From: Acetatifactor sp.
GTDB taxonomy: Bacteria; Bacillota; Clostridia; Lachnospirales; Lachnospiraceae
Assembly (NCBI GenBank): GCA_050872885.1
Contig: JBNMHS010000005.1
Location: forward strand, 2,636 to 66,635
DNA length: 64,000 bases
Direction of reading: 5' to 3'
Positions 54,667 to 64,000 of the stretch are shown here, in pieces (position 1 is the first letter of the stretch; each line of letters starts with the position of its first letter). The position numbers and the translations under genes are program-made. The notes under the pieces are model-generated. The model saw only the letters and a program-made list of their open reading frames with translations, searched no databases and was not told the DNA's origin.

Positions 54667-55045
54667 GCCACTCTAAATCTCCTCTGTCTAAGGACTTGAT
54701 CAACAGTTCCGCGCTGGCGAGATTCGTTGCCAGCGGAATATTATGCATATCACACAGGCGCATTACATTACTCACATCCGGCTCATGTGCTTTCGGTGCC
54801 AGCGGATCCCGCAGGAAGATCACGAGGTCGATCTCGTTGTGTTCGATCTGGGCGCCGATCTGCTGTTCTCCTCCCAGATGTCCCGCCAGATACTTGTGAA
54901 CATTCAGGTTCGTGACCTCTTCGATCAATCTGCCGGTCGTTCCTGTGGCATATAATTCATTTTTGCTTAAAATTCCGCGATATGCAATGCAGAAATTCTG
55001 CATCAGTTTCTTTTTGGCATCATGTGCGATCAGTGCAATGTTCAT
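54650..55045 (-). CDS. mgsA: Methylglyoxal synthase
   Basis: 131 aa. [10 protein letters not shown]...LYATGTTG...GPLGG-like [11 protein letters not shown]...DPL motifs. Confidence 0.93.
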   Translation of the reverse strand: MNIALIAHDAKKKLMQNFCIAYRGILSKNELYATGTTGRLIEEVTNLNVHKYLAGHLGGEQQIGAQIEHNEIDLVIFLRDPLAPKAHEPDVSNVMRLCDMHNIPLATNLASAELLIKSLDRGDLEWREMYK

Positions 55046-55087
55046 ATCGTCTATACCCCTTCTCTATATAATGTATATTTCTTTTGT

Positions 55088-56194
55088 CTAGCTTCTCTTC
55101 GCCTGTAACCGTACGTTCAATACAACACCCATTCCAATATACAGACTCAGCAAAGAGGTCAGGCCATAACTTACAAACGGCAGCGGAAGTCCCGTATTCG
55201 GTAAAATAAAAGTAGCCACTCCGATATTCACGAAACTCTGGAAAGCGATCAGTCCCCCCATTGACGCCGCTATGATCGTACCCGCAATGTCTTTCGCCTT
55301 TCCGGCGATCGAGATACATTCCATTGCCGTAAACATCAGCAGTAAGATTACCACGATACTTCCCTTAAAACCGAACTCTTCACCGATTACGGCAAATATG
55401 AAATCGGTTTCCGCTTCAGACAGGAAATTTCCGTTTTTTACCGATGTGATCTCATTGTTTTTGTAGCCTTTGCCATCCAGCTGTCCGGAACCGATTGCCG
55501 TTACGGAATTCAGCTGCTGATATGCCAGATCCGTGGAATATTCTTCCGGATTTACAAACGCAAGGATACGATTTTTCTGATAGGTTTCCAGGATGGTACT
55601 GTCCGGCTGCATCGCCAGGGATACCAGTATGACCACTGCCGGAACAGCTACCGCCAATGCTCCGAAGATCAGCTTGTAACTAATGCCTCCGGTATACAGG
55701 ATCACACAGAAAATAAAGATCAGTACCAGACTGGTAGACAGTGCCGGCTGTTCCTTTACCATGATCCAGGGAACACCCATCAGTACTGCAATCGATGCGA
55801 TCACAGGGAAAGTATTCAACTTCTCCTTATATTTCATAATAAACTGTGCAAAGAATAAAATCAATAAAATTTTTGCAAGTTCGGAAGGTTGAAATTGCAA
55901 TCCGCCGATCTTCAGCCACCGTTGTGCACCGTTGCCTTCTTCTCCCATCAGGATGACCAGTCCCAGGAGTACCAGATTTCCTATGTACATCAACCAGTAT
56001 AGCTTCAGGATCACGGAATAATTGAAGAAAGACAGTGCAATCATAATTACAGCACCGGCAACTACGCCCGCCACCTGTTTCGTCTGCTGTGCAGGCTCCG
56101 CACTGCCGATGGTTATGATGCCAATGACAGACAAAGCCAGTACCAATATGATCAATTTAAAGTCATAATCCCGCAATCTATAATTTTTAAACAT
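55088..56194 (-). CDS. rodA: SEDS-family peptidoglycan polymerase RodA
   Basis: 368 aa and polytopic. QPSELAKI, TDFIFAVIGEEFG, and GLPLPFVSYGLTS motifs. Confidence 0.9.
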   Translation of the reverse strand: MFKNYRLRDYDFKLIILVLALSVIGIITIGSAEPAQQTKQVAGVVAGAVIMIALSFFNYSVILKLYWLMYIGNLVLLGLVILMGEEGNGAQRWLKIGGLQFQPSELAKILLILFFAQFIMKYKEKLNTFPVIASIAVLMGVPWIMVKEQPALSTSLVLIFIFCVILYTGGISYKLIFGALAVAVPAVVILVSLAMQPDSTILETYQKNRILAFVNPEEYSTDLAYQQLNSVTAIGSGQLDGKGYKNNEITSVKNGNFLSEAETDFIFAVIGEEFGFKGSIVVILLLMFTAMECISIAGKAKDIAGTIIAASMGGLIAFQSFVNIGVATFILPNTGLPLPFVSYGLTSLLSLYIGMGVVLNVRLQAKRS

Positions 56195-56215
56195 CTGTTT
56201 TGCCTTTCTGTTCCC

Positions 56216-56497
56216 TTATGGCATTTTCGCAGTTTTCTGCAGGTCGAGAATCGGAATATTGGCAATGAGACTTGGACTTTTGTTCCGTCCTCCCTTATTG
56301 CCCTTCGCCTGTATCTCGATCTCCATATGGTCCGTATCGATCCTCATGTATTTTGAGATCACTTTTGTAATATCCGCCTTGATCAGTTCCATCATCTCAG
56401 GAGAACAGTTCACCCTGTCCGATATCAACAGGATCTTCAGGCGATCCTTTGCAACCTGGCAGGAGCTTTTCCTGCGAAAAAAATGCTTCATATTCAT
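56216..56497 (-). CDS. minE: Cell division topological specificity factor MinE
   Basis: 93 aa. SCQVAKDRLKILLISDR motif. Follows minD. Confidence 0.9.
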   Translation of the reverse strand: MNMKHFFRRKSSCQVAKDRLKILLISDRVNCSPEMMELIKADITKVISKYMRIDTDHMEIEIQAKGNKGGRNKSPSLIANIPILDLQKTAKMP

Positions 56498-56509
56498 CCC
56501 GTCCCCTTC

Positions 56510-57331
56510 CTATGCTTTCCGGAAAATACCGGTTACTTTTGTCCAAAAAGAGACTCCTTTTTCGAAATCCAGGAACGGAATTTCTTTTCCGAGCAGTCGA
56601 TCCACCACATTACCGTAAGCCTTTCCGGCCGGTGTATCGCTTCCGACTAACGGTTCCCCCTGATTGGTAGCAATCACTACGTTTTCATCATCGGGGACAA
56701 TCCCGATAAGTGGCACCGCCAGAATATCCACCACATCATCTGCCGACATCATATCGCCGCGCTTTACCATGTCCGTGCGCAGTCTGTTGATGATCAGATC
56801 CATCTGTTTGAAACCATTGGCTTCCAGCAGCCCGATAATACGGTCTGCATCCCGGATGGCAGATACCTCCGGTGTCGTTACCACCAGCGCCCTGTCCGCA
56901 CCCGCAATGGCATTTTGAAATCCCTGCTCGATTCCCGCCGGACAGTCCAGGATGATGTAATCAAACTGTTCCCTGAGATGATCGATCACTTTTACCATCT
57001 GTCCCGGTGTTACCGCCGACTTATCCCTGGTCTGTGCCGAAGGCATCAGATACAGCCCCGGATGACGCTTATCGCGGATCAGGGCCTGCTTGATTCTGCA
57101 GTTTCCTTCTATAACATCTACCAGATTATACACGATACGGTTTTCCAGCCCCATGACAACATCAAGGTTGCGCAGACCGATATCCGTATCAATGAGACAG
57201 ACTTTACAGCCTGCCTTTGCAAGACCTGTACCCACGTTTGCGGATGTAGTGGTCTTACCTACACCGCCTTTTCCTGAAGTGACGACAATGACTTCGGAGC
57301 TTTTCTTCTCCGTGGAAACGTTTTGTTCCAT
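56510..57331 (-). CDS. minD: Septum site-determining ATPase MinD
   Basis: 273 aa. Deviant Walker A SGKGGVGKTT. C-terminal amphipathic helix. Confidence 0.95.
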   Translation of the reverse strand: MEQNVSTEKKSSEVIVVTSGKGGVGKTTTSANVGTGLAKAGCKVCLIDTDIGLRNLDVVMGLENRIVYNLVDVIEGNCRIKQALIRDKRHPGLYLMPSAQTRDKSAVTPGQMVKVIDHLREQFDYIILDCPAGIEQGFQNAIAGADRALVVTTPEVSAIRDADRIIGLLEANGFKQMDLIINRLRTDMVKRGDMMSADDVVDILAVPLIGIVPDDENVVIATNQGEPLVGSDTPAGKAYGNVVDRLLGKEIPFLDFEKGVSFWTKVTGIFRKA

Positions 57332-57373
57332 TTTGGATTCCTCCTGTTATATTTTGTCGTCCCCTGGATTCTT

Positions 57374-58063
57374 TTAGAAAGTACCCAGTAATTCTTTTGT
57401 AAGGGGATCAAATACGATCTTTCCATTCTTCAGGTGTGCAATTTTCGGTTGTACTTTGGGGCGTATCCCCCATTTCGACTGTTTCGCATTGGTTTTATAT
57501 TTGAAATCGCCGATTTTTAATCTTTCCGGCTCCATTTCAAGCGCTACAATATAACAATCTTCCCTGCCGGAACCGCCTGCATAGGCTTCCCCGTACAGGC
57601 CTCCGAGGATAATGATATTGCCTGCGGATATCACCGCACAGCCCGGATAGACATCCCCAAGCACCACAATGCTGTTCTCTGTCTCGATCACTTCCCGGTT
57701 CTTCAGAGTTCCCTTGTAAAACTGTCCCTCATCCCCGCCGGTCAGGTTTTTATCCATGGAAAACACCTTTTCCATGTGTTGTAAGGCCTTGATGTAATTT
57801 TTATTGGTTTCTTCATCCCTGCCTACAATGCACACGATCCTTACATTGCTGTTCTGGCGGATCGTATCCAGGATCCGGATTTCTTCGTCTTCCGTCACTT
57901 TTCTGCCTTCCATGGAAAGAGCCATGCTGGACGTCCCGAAAAAGTTTCTGGCCTCGGCGAACTTCATCGCAAGTTCGTTTAGGATTTCATCCATTTCCAC
58001 GTCTTCACGCATCACAAGATTGATTCCGTTGGGAAAGCTTTTGATCAATACTGCATCTTTCAT
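57374..58063 (-). CDS. minC: Septum site-determining protein MinC
   Basis: 229 aa. C-terminal beta-helix repeats (SIVVLGDVYPGCAVISAGNIIILGGLYG). Confidence 0.88.
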   Translation of the reverse strand: MKDAVLIKSFPNGINLVMREDVEMDEILNELAMKFAEARNFFGTSSMALSMEGRKVTEDEEIRILDTIRQNSNVRIVCIVGRDEETNKNYIKALQHMEKVFSMDKNLTGGDEGQFYKGTLKNREVIETENSIVVLGDVYPGCAVISAGNIIILGGLYGEAYAGGSGREDCYIVALEMEPERLKIGDFKYKTNAKQSKWGIRPKVQPKIAHLKNGKIVFDPLTKELLGTF

Positions 58064-58091
58064 TATTCTTACCTGTCTTTAAAAAATATAG

Positions 58092-60980
58092 TTACATCTC
58101 ATTAGAAACCGCATTATCCAAAGTATCCGCGGTTCCGGTGATCAGATCATCCTCTTCGGCAAGTCCATAGTAATATTTGATAATGTCTCTGGTAAACTGT
58201 GCCGCATAGTCTGAGGAATAGCCGAACGGGATTCTGGTTGCAATGGCAATCTCAGGACTCTCATACGGTGCATAACAGATAAACAAAGCATGGTTGGGTC
58301 TTGACGCTGTCTGCTCCGCCGTACCTGTCTTACCTGCCGCATTTACTGCCAGATCACTGAAATACGCTTTGTTTTCCACTACCTGTCTCATACCGAGATG
58401 GAATGCATTCCAATATTCCTGCGGGAGGTCTATCTGATTTCTTACTTCCGCATGATATTCCTTCAGCAGATTTCCCTGGGAATCCGTGGTTTTGTCCAGC
58501 AGTGTCAGATTATAGCAGGTTCCGCTGTTGGCTATTGTTGTGACATATCGTGCCAGTCCCACCGTAGTGTAACTGTTACTGCCCTGTCCGATGGCAGAAC
58601 GTACCGGGTCCTTGGTAGATACATCCGGAGCGTATTCTCCGATCTCCACACCCGACTTATCCGTCAGTCCGTACAGATCCGCATATTTATTCAAAGTATC
58701 CAGACCACCCTGTTCATCATAACTTCCGCTTCTGGTTGCCAGCTGATAGCCCACATTATAGAAGAAGTAGTTACAGGAATCCTTGATGGCGGATGTCACA
58801 TTTTCATAACCGTGTCCGGAGATTCTCCAGCATCTGGGGGACGGTGTGATTTCTGTAAAAGTACCGACACAATTCACACGGGTCTGCAGATTGATCACAT
58901 TCTCCATCAGTCCCGCTGTAGCGGATACGATTTTAAATGTAGATCCGGGCGCTGCCTTATACTGGGTAGCGAAATTCAGCTGGGGACTGGACTTGTCCGC
59001 ATTCAGCTGTGCGTAATATTCCGCGTCCACAGTATTTGCCATCTTGTTATTGTCATATCCGGGATAAGACACCATAGCCAGTACATCACCTGTATTGACA
59101 TCCGTAATGACCACGGAAGCATTACAGGGATCCAGTGCCAGCTGCGCCGGTGTGATCTCCAGGTTATTGATCCGGTTCATCATGAACTGATACGCCGACA
59201 ACTTTCCGGAATACAGTCCTTCTTCATCCTCCGCAGGGATATCTACCACCTGTTGTTCACATAAGAGCATACAGATCTGTCTTCCCGTGATCTTATCGTT
59301 TAAAAGCATATATTTATAAAAGCGTTTCTGGAATTCCGTAGTATGATCGATGGCTTCGATCGTATACTCCAGCAGTTTGTCATAGACCTCTGCGGAATCC
59401 GAATATTTATCATTCAGGTCCAGCTTGCTCACATCGATCCAGTTCATGGCAATACAATACTGAAGATACTCTTTTAAGGAGATCACTTCTTCTTTCGCCC
59501 ATGCATTCTGGGTCGCGTCGTTATCATCCACCAGTTCCTTCATGATCACGCCTTCATCTCTGAGAAGGCTTACTATATTGCTCTGGTATACCTGATATTC
59601 CTTGGAAAGTTTATTATAAGGAGTTGCACCGTCCGTCAGTTCGTAAGTCAGTCTGTCGTAAACTCCCTGCTTATATTCCAGATACGCGGCATAGACGGCT
59701 TTCTCCGTCTCTCCGGCATTCTCCGCCTCAAAATGCTTTCTGTCCAGGATGTTATTATTGATCATGGCAAAATATACATCATAGATTGGGATCTTAATGG
59801 ATGAGCTTTTTGCATTTTCCGGCAGATTGAATTCTTTGGCGTTGATGATCTTGCCGGATACCAGACCGGCAAGCTTCTGTTCAACGATATTATAGACTGC
59901 CTCCGTCAGATCCTTGTCGATGGTCAGATACACATCTGCACCCGGCTGCGCTTCTTTGCGGTCTAAAATAGTGATCACTTTGCCGGTGTTGTCCACCACT
60001 ACTTTTTCACTTCCCTTGACGCCCTGCAGTGTGGTCTCCATATAGGATTCAATACCGCTCTTACCTACGACATCATTGATCGTATAAGTGTCTGCCATGC
60101 CGCCTTCCGCCACCACCTGATCATTTAACTCTGTCAGTTCATCGGAAGAGATCTTGCCTGTATAGCCCAGCACATGAGCGAAATATTTGCTGTCTATGTA
60201 ATGACGTACGGTATCCTCCACGATCGATACACCATCCAGCTGGTCGGAATTCTCCATGATCACCGCCACGGTTTCTTCGCTGACATTGGTAGCCACAGTG
60301 GTTCCCACATATTTCCGGAAAGAAGTCAGATTCATGGCATATCGGATGGTCACCATCTGCAGCCATTCTTCCTTGGTATAGCCTTTGCCCGGGATAAACT
60401 CTGTGCCGGTGTCATCCGGATCTTCATATTGTCCAATGGCAAAACCGCCTTTCACACGGCTTAAATATTCCATCAGTTCCTGCGCGGTCATTGCTTTCTG
60501 TTCGGTCGAAAGCTTGTCCACCGTCCGGTAGCCCAAAACATCTGCCTGAAAACGCAGCAGCGCCGTCCCATCCACAGAATAAGCATAATCCCCGTCCTCA
60601 TCGACCACGATCTTGAAATCCGTGATCACACTGTCCCCGTTTTTCTCGATCAGCTTGATCAGACGATAGACGACATCATTGACTTTTGCATTTTTATTCC
60701 GGCTGGACTCAAATACATCCTCGATCTTTACGGAATATGCCAGTTCATTTTCTGCCAGTACATTGCCGTTTCTGTCAAGAATCCGTCCTCTGGTACTGGA
60801 AATATCCCTGGTCTTCTCGATCTGAAGGATAAAATCATTCAGATACTCTTCTCCGTTTACGATCTGCAAATGAAAGCAACGATAAAGCAGGACTCCCGCA
60901 AAAAAAGCAAACAGTATCATAAGTACTGTCAGTCTGCTGGTCACAATATTAATAATGTGATCTTTGATTTCACGAAACAA
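58092..60980 (-). CDS. mrdA: Penicillin-binding protein 2 (elongasome transpeptidase), unusually long
   Basis: 962 aa. N-terminal TM. RGRILDRNGNVLAEN pedestal. SxxK (GSTFKIV), SxN (DSCNYFF), KTG (GKTGTAE). Sits between mreD and minC. Confidence 0.9.
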   Translation of the reverse strand: MFREIKDHIINIVTSRLTVLMILFAFFAGVLLYRCFHLQIVNGEEYLNDFILQIEKTRDISSTRGRILDRNGNVLAENELAYSVKIEDVFESSRNKNAKVNDVVYRLIKLIEKNGDSVITDFKIVVDEDGDYAYSVDGTALLRFQADVLGYRTVDKLSTEQKAMTAQELMEYLSRVKGGFAIGQYEDPDDTGTEFIPGKGYTKEEWLQMVTIRYAMNLTSFRKYVGTTVATNVSEETVAVIMENSDQLDGVSIVEDTVRHYIDSKYFAHVLGYTGKISSDELTELNDQVVAEGGMADTYTINDVVGKSGIESYMETTLQGVKGSEKVVVDNTGKVITILDRKEAQPGADVYLTIDKDLTEAVYNIVEQKLAGLVSGKIINAKEFNLPENAKSSSIKIPIYDVYFAMINNNILDRKHFEAENAGETEKAVYAAYLEYKQGVYDRLTYELTDGATPYNKLSKEYQVYQSNIVSLLRDEGVIMKELVDDNDATQNAWAKEEVISLKEYLQYCIAMNWIDVSKLDLNDKYSDSAEVYDKLLEYTIEAIDHTTEFQKRFYKYMLLNDKITGRQICMLLCEQQVVDIPAEDEEGLYSGKLSAYQFMMNRINNLEITPAQLALDPCNASVVITDVNTGDVLAMVSYPGYDNNKMANTVDAEYYAQLNADKSSPQLNFATQYKAAPGSTFKIVSATAGLMENVINLQTRVNCVGTFTEITPSPRCWRISGHGYENVTSAIKDSCNYFFYNVGYQLATRSGSYDEQGGLDTLNKYADLYGLTDKSGVEIGEYAPDVSTKDPVRSAIGQGSNSYTTVGLARYVTTIANSGTCYNLTLLDKTTDSQGNLLKEYHAEVRNQIDLPQEYWNAFHLGMRQVVENKAYFSDLAVNAAGKTGTAEQTASRPNHALFICYAPYESPEIAIATRIPFGYSSDYAAQFTRDIIKYYYGLAEEDDLITGTADTLDNAVSNEM

Positions 60981-61509
60981 ATTTCTGTGCGCTCCTTTTT
61001 TCCTTTTCCTCCAGTCTCTGATTGATTTTCAGGATCAGAGGATATAAAACAATCGTAACAACAATGGTATAAAGTGCCTCCGGAAGGATCACTCTTGTAA
61101 AATAGTACGGGAAATGAAAACGCCCTCTCAAAAGAAACATCAGAATATAACAAATCAATCCGTAAGAAATATCGCTCACCACGATCAGTGCCAACGGTAA
61201 TTTAATATCTTCCGGATAAAAGATCCTGCAAAACTTTCCGTTTAAAAAACCTATGTACATCATCACCATGGCATAAAATCCCAGAAAACTCCCGAAGAAA
61301 ATATCACATAAGAGTCCGCAGGAAAACCCGATGAGAAGCCCTTCTTTTTCTCCTCTCATAAATCCAAAGGAAGAAGTCAGGATAATCATCAGATTCGGAA
61401 TAATACCGCCCAATGCCAGACTGTTGAATACATTACATTGCAAAATAAAAAACAGAATGATCAGTACCGCGACAACAATTTTACGAAGGAAGCTGCTGTT
61501 ATTCTCCAT
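60970..61509 (-). CDS. mreD: Rod shape-determining protein MreD
   Basis: 179 aa and polytopic. Overlaps mreC and pbp2, consistent with translational coupling. Confidence 0.85.
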   Translation of the reverse strand: MENNSSFLRKIVVAVLIILFFILQCNVFNSLALGGIIPNLMIILTSSFGFMRGEKEGLLIGFSCGLLCDIFFGSFLGFYAMVMMYIGFLNGKFCRIFYPEDIKLPLALIVVSDISYGLICYILMFLLRGRFHFPYYFTRVILPEALYTIVVTIVLYPLILKINQRLEEKEKRSAQKFVS

Positions 61510-62389
61510 CTGTGCTTCCTCCGTCCGGTACCTGCTGTTTTTTATCCGTGATCACAAGCACCTCACTGAGATGTTCGAAATCTACCACAGGGGTCAGATA
61601 ACCGGATTTGGTCAGGTTATTGGTATCCTTGTTGATCGTGCTGATATAACCGATCAGAATATTCGGAAGATATTTGTCGCTGATATCGGAAGTCACCACT
61701 TTGTCTCCTTCCGCTACAGCATCCCGGCTGTCTACCAGTTTGCTGAAAGGAATGACTCCCTGCGCCATCAGCTGCAGATCTCCGGATACGATCAGATTAT
61801 CTCCCGTTGCAAGTGTCATGCCGCTGACATTTGAATTGTCGGAAATAATAGAAGTCACCCTGGACCAGTTCGGTCCCACCGAGGTAATACGTCCCACCAG
61901 ACCGCCTCCGGCAATAACATTCATATCATCAGCGAGTCCGTCATTGGAACCCTTGTCAATGACAAACGAAGAATACCAGTTGCCGGAATCCCTGCTGATG
62001 ATCCTGGCACCGATCTTATTATAGTCTCCGTATTCTTCATCCAGTTCCAACAGTCCTCTGAGTTCATTCAGTTCATATTTATCCTGCTGTAACAATGTAT
62101 TTTCTTCCGTAAGAGATGCCACCTGTTCCTTTAAAGCACTATTTTCCGCCAGGAGTTCACGGATCTGCACCAGTTCATCCGAGCGGTTAGACAGCCATTC
62201 TCCCGCTTTGGCAATTCCCTGTTCAAAAGGAACGATCACATACCCTCCCACCCTGTTAAAAGGGCGGTTAAATACATTGGTTCCGAAAGTTACCAGCATC
62301 ATAACGGTACATAGAATTGTTAAAATAAAAAGGAGATATTTACTTGGCAAAGTAAACCTCTCCCCTTTTCTTTTTACGACTGGGCTCAT
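61499..62389 (-). CDS. mreC: Rod shape-determining protein MreC
   Basis: 296 aa. TM segment, coiled coil (LKEQVASLTEENTLLQQDKYELNEL), and beta-barrel domains (GLVGRITSV). Confidence 0.9.
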   Translation of the reverse strand: MSPVVKRKGERFTLPSKYLLFILTILCTVMMLVTFGTNVFNRPFNRVGGYVIVPFEQGIAKAGEWLSNRSDELVQIRELLAENSALKEQVASLTEENTLLQQDKYELNELRGLLELDEEYGDYNKIGARIISRDSGNWYSSFVIDKGSNDGLADDMNVIAGGGLVGRITSVGPNWSRVTSIISDNSNVSGMTLATGDNLIVSGDLQLMAQGVIPFSKLVDSRDAVAEGDKVVTSDISDKYLPNILIGYISTINKDTNNLTKSGYLTPVVDFEHLSEVLVITDKKQQVPDGGSTDGE

Positions 62390-63396
62390 TTACTCATCCC
62401 TTCAATTGCGTAAGCTACAGTTTTATAGTTCTCATCCTTAATGATCTTGGCCAGACCTGTTGCAACACTGGTCAGCGGATTTTCAGCTGCATTTACATGC
62501 AATCCGGTACCTGTGGCAAGTCTTTCTGCCAGATGACTTACCTGGGAAGCCCCACCGGTCAGATAAATACCATGGCGGTAAATATCCGCAGCCAGTTCGG
62601 GCGGAGTTCTCTCCAGAATCACTTTTACATTATCGATAATGGTATTAAAGTGCTCTTCCAGAGACTCGTCCACCATCTTTGTGGGGATCTCACGTTCCAC
62701 GGGAAGGCCCGTCACGATGTCTCTGCCGTACACAATGGCACCTTTTCCCTCTTCTTCCAATTCCTTCAGGGAAATTTTAACGTTTTCCGCTGTTTTTCCT
62801 CCGATGATCAAAGAAAACTCTCTTCTGACCGCCGCACGGATCGCATCATCAAACTTCATGCCGCCCACTTTGATCAGTCTGCTGAGGACGATGCCGCCCA
62901 GAGACAAAATAGAGATTTCCGTCGTCTCATAACCCACATTGACAACCAATACACCCTGCGAATTTTTTACATCGATATCCAGCCCCAGTCCATCCGCTAC
63001 AGCTTTCTCAACGACCATGATCTTCTTGGCCTTTACATTCGCACCCTTGATCAGATCGTAGAATGCTCTCTTCTCAACCTCGGTAACATCCGTAGGAACC
63101 GCAATAAAGAAATCGGAAGGCTTGGTATTTCCCTTCTGCAGATCTCCGATAAAATATTTTACCAGAGTCTCCATATTCTTAATGTCCGCGATCACGCCGT
63201 TAGAAAGCGGATAAGAAATATGAATATTGCCCGGCGCCTTCTCATACATTTCAAATGCAGAGTTGCCATACGCAAATAACGTATTTTTGTTCTCGATGGC
63301 AATCATATTTTTCTCAATCATAATGTTGTCATCATTGCGATTATAGATTTTAATGTTGTTGGTACCAAGGTCGATACCGAATGCATTGTTTGCCAC
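62386..63396 (-). CDS. mreB: Rod shape-determining protein MreB (actin homolog)
   Basis: 336 aa, GTG start. Motifs: GIDLGTNN, VVNVGYETTEISILSLGG, IYLTGGAS. Confidence 0.93.
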   Translation of the reverse strand: MANNAFGIDLGTNNIKIYNRNDDNIMIEKNMIAIENKNTLFAYGNSAFEMYEKAPGNIHISYPLSNGVIADIKNMETLVKYFIGDLQKGNTKPSDFFIAVPTDVTEVEKRAFYDLIKGANVKAKKIMVVEKAVADGLGLDIDVKNSQGVLVVNVGYETTEISILSLGGIVLSRLIKVGGMKFDDAIRAAVRREFSLIIGGKTAENVKISLKELEEEGKGAIVYGRDIVTGLPVEREIPTKMVDESLEEHFNTIIDNVKVILERTPPELAADIYRHGIYLTGGASQVSHLAERLATGTGLHVNAAENPLTSVATGLAKIIKDENYKTVAYAIEGMSK

Positions 63397-63417
63397 TGTC
63401 TTTGTCCCTTTCTTATA

Positions 63418-63999
63418 TCAAATCAATAATTTTTGCTCTTTAAAGCTAGTATACCTGTTATCTCCGATAATAATGTGGTCAAGTAACGGGATATCCATCT
63501 GTTCTCCCACGGATGCCACATTTGCAGTCAGTTCTCTGTCGGAACTGCTGGGTGTGGGGTCTCCGCTGGGATGATTGTGTACCAGAATGATATTCACGGC
63601 TTTGTCCTTCAACGCTTCCAGAAACACTTCTCTGGGAGAGATCAATGCCATATTAACACTGCCGTCCGAAAGTTTTTTCTCCCGGATCAGCTGCCCTTTG
63701 GCATCCAGACAGAGCAGGTACACACATTCCGTGTCCCGGTGTCTGAGTTTCTCCATGAAATATTCCGCGACCATATCCGCCCTGGTAAAGCAGATCCCGG
63801 TTCTGGCTTTTGCACGGCTCATCCGCTTGGAAAGCTCTGCGATGCATTTCAGCTTCACCGCCTTGACCATACCGATCCCGCGGATTTCCATCAGCTCTTC
63901 GATGCTTACGTCATGCAGACCCAAAAGTCCTTCCCTCGGATAGGTTGCAAGCGCCAGCACCTTTTCGGCAAGTGCTACCGCCGAAGTGTCTTTGGTGCC
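63418..63999 (-). CDS. radC: RadC-family JAB/MPN domain protein; the 5' end lies outside the window
   Basis: The frame stays open up to the window edge, so the track Met at 63960 is an internal GTG. HhH segment IRGIGMVKAVKL. JAMM motif LVHNHPSGDPTPSSSD. Confidence 0.88.
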   Translation of the reverse strand, partial: GTKDTSAVALAEKVLALATYPREGLLGLHDVSIEELMEIRGIGMVKAVKLKCIAELSKRMSRAKARTGICFTRADMVAEYFMEKLRHRDTECVYLLCLDAKGQLIREKKLSDGSVNMALISPREVFLEALKDKAVNIILVHNHPSGDPTPSSSDRELTANVASVGEQMDIPLLDHIIIGDNRYTSFKEQKLLI

Positions 64000-64000
64000 T

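Noticed and set aside
1-64000. A search by eye for rRNA, tRNA, tmRNA, CRISPR repeats, IS elements or transposases, toxin-antitoxin pairs and known defence genes.
   Set aside because: I recognised none. The intergenic regions longer than 150 nt (21078-21286, 30133-30299, 32092-32266, 32702-32945, 38796-39045, 40264-40542, 44991-45168) show promoters, operators and terminators but no tRNA-like or repeat-array structure. A covariance-model scan would be needed to exclude small RNAs.

Overview
Densely packed chromosomal segment with Firmicutes/Clostridia-type gene content. It looks most like a Lachnospiraceae-type gut anaerobe, but that is inferred only from gene order and protein signatures. I count about 70 protein-coding genes, nearly all housekeeping.

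Plus-strand half (1-28 kb):
- 3' part of a type IIA topoisomerase A subunit
- rsmD-coaD, a coiled-coil protein and an anchored amidase, converging on ylbJ
- two pseudouridine synthases flanking an unknown membrane protein, then recU
- a partial his operon: hisZ-G-D-B plus a HisF-like::HisIE fusion
- a MoxR / DUF58 / polytopic DUF4129-like triad that runs without a terminator into a radical-SAM (TIGR03960-type) / DUF2344 / short RNase E/G module
- a TetR-GH2-GPH symporter-GH36 sugar locus

Middle and minus-strand half (28-64 kb):
- dtd, an AI-2E transporter, a ttcA-like gene, a tyrosine recombinase
- an SOS node: a LysM YneA-like gene diverging from lexA, with LexA boxes between them
- a CE4 deacetylase, two cytidylate-kinase-like paralogs, livJHMGF, a DUF378 gene
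- rsfS-yqeK-nadD-yhbY-obg-rpmA-prp-rplU
- sdaAB/AA, rluD-lspA-aroB, sepF-yggS
- an orphan HlyD-like protein and a mini P-loop protein
- dac, mgsA, rodA, minEDC, a very long PBP2, mreDCB, and a partial radC

I recognised no rRNA, tRNA, CRISPR array, IS element or prophage by eye.

Best candidates for undescribed biology:
- the six-gene MoxR-to-RNase G operon
- the radical-SAM/DUF2344 pair with a degenerate RNase E/G
- the HisF-derived pseudo-enzyme domain fused to HisIE
- the orphan membrane-fusion-like and mini P-loop genes inside the sepF division operon

All family calls come from motif recognition without database searches.
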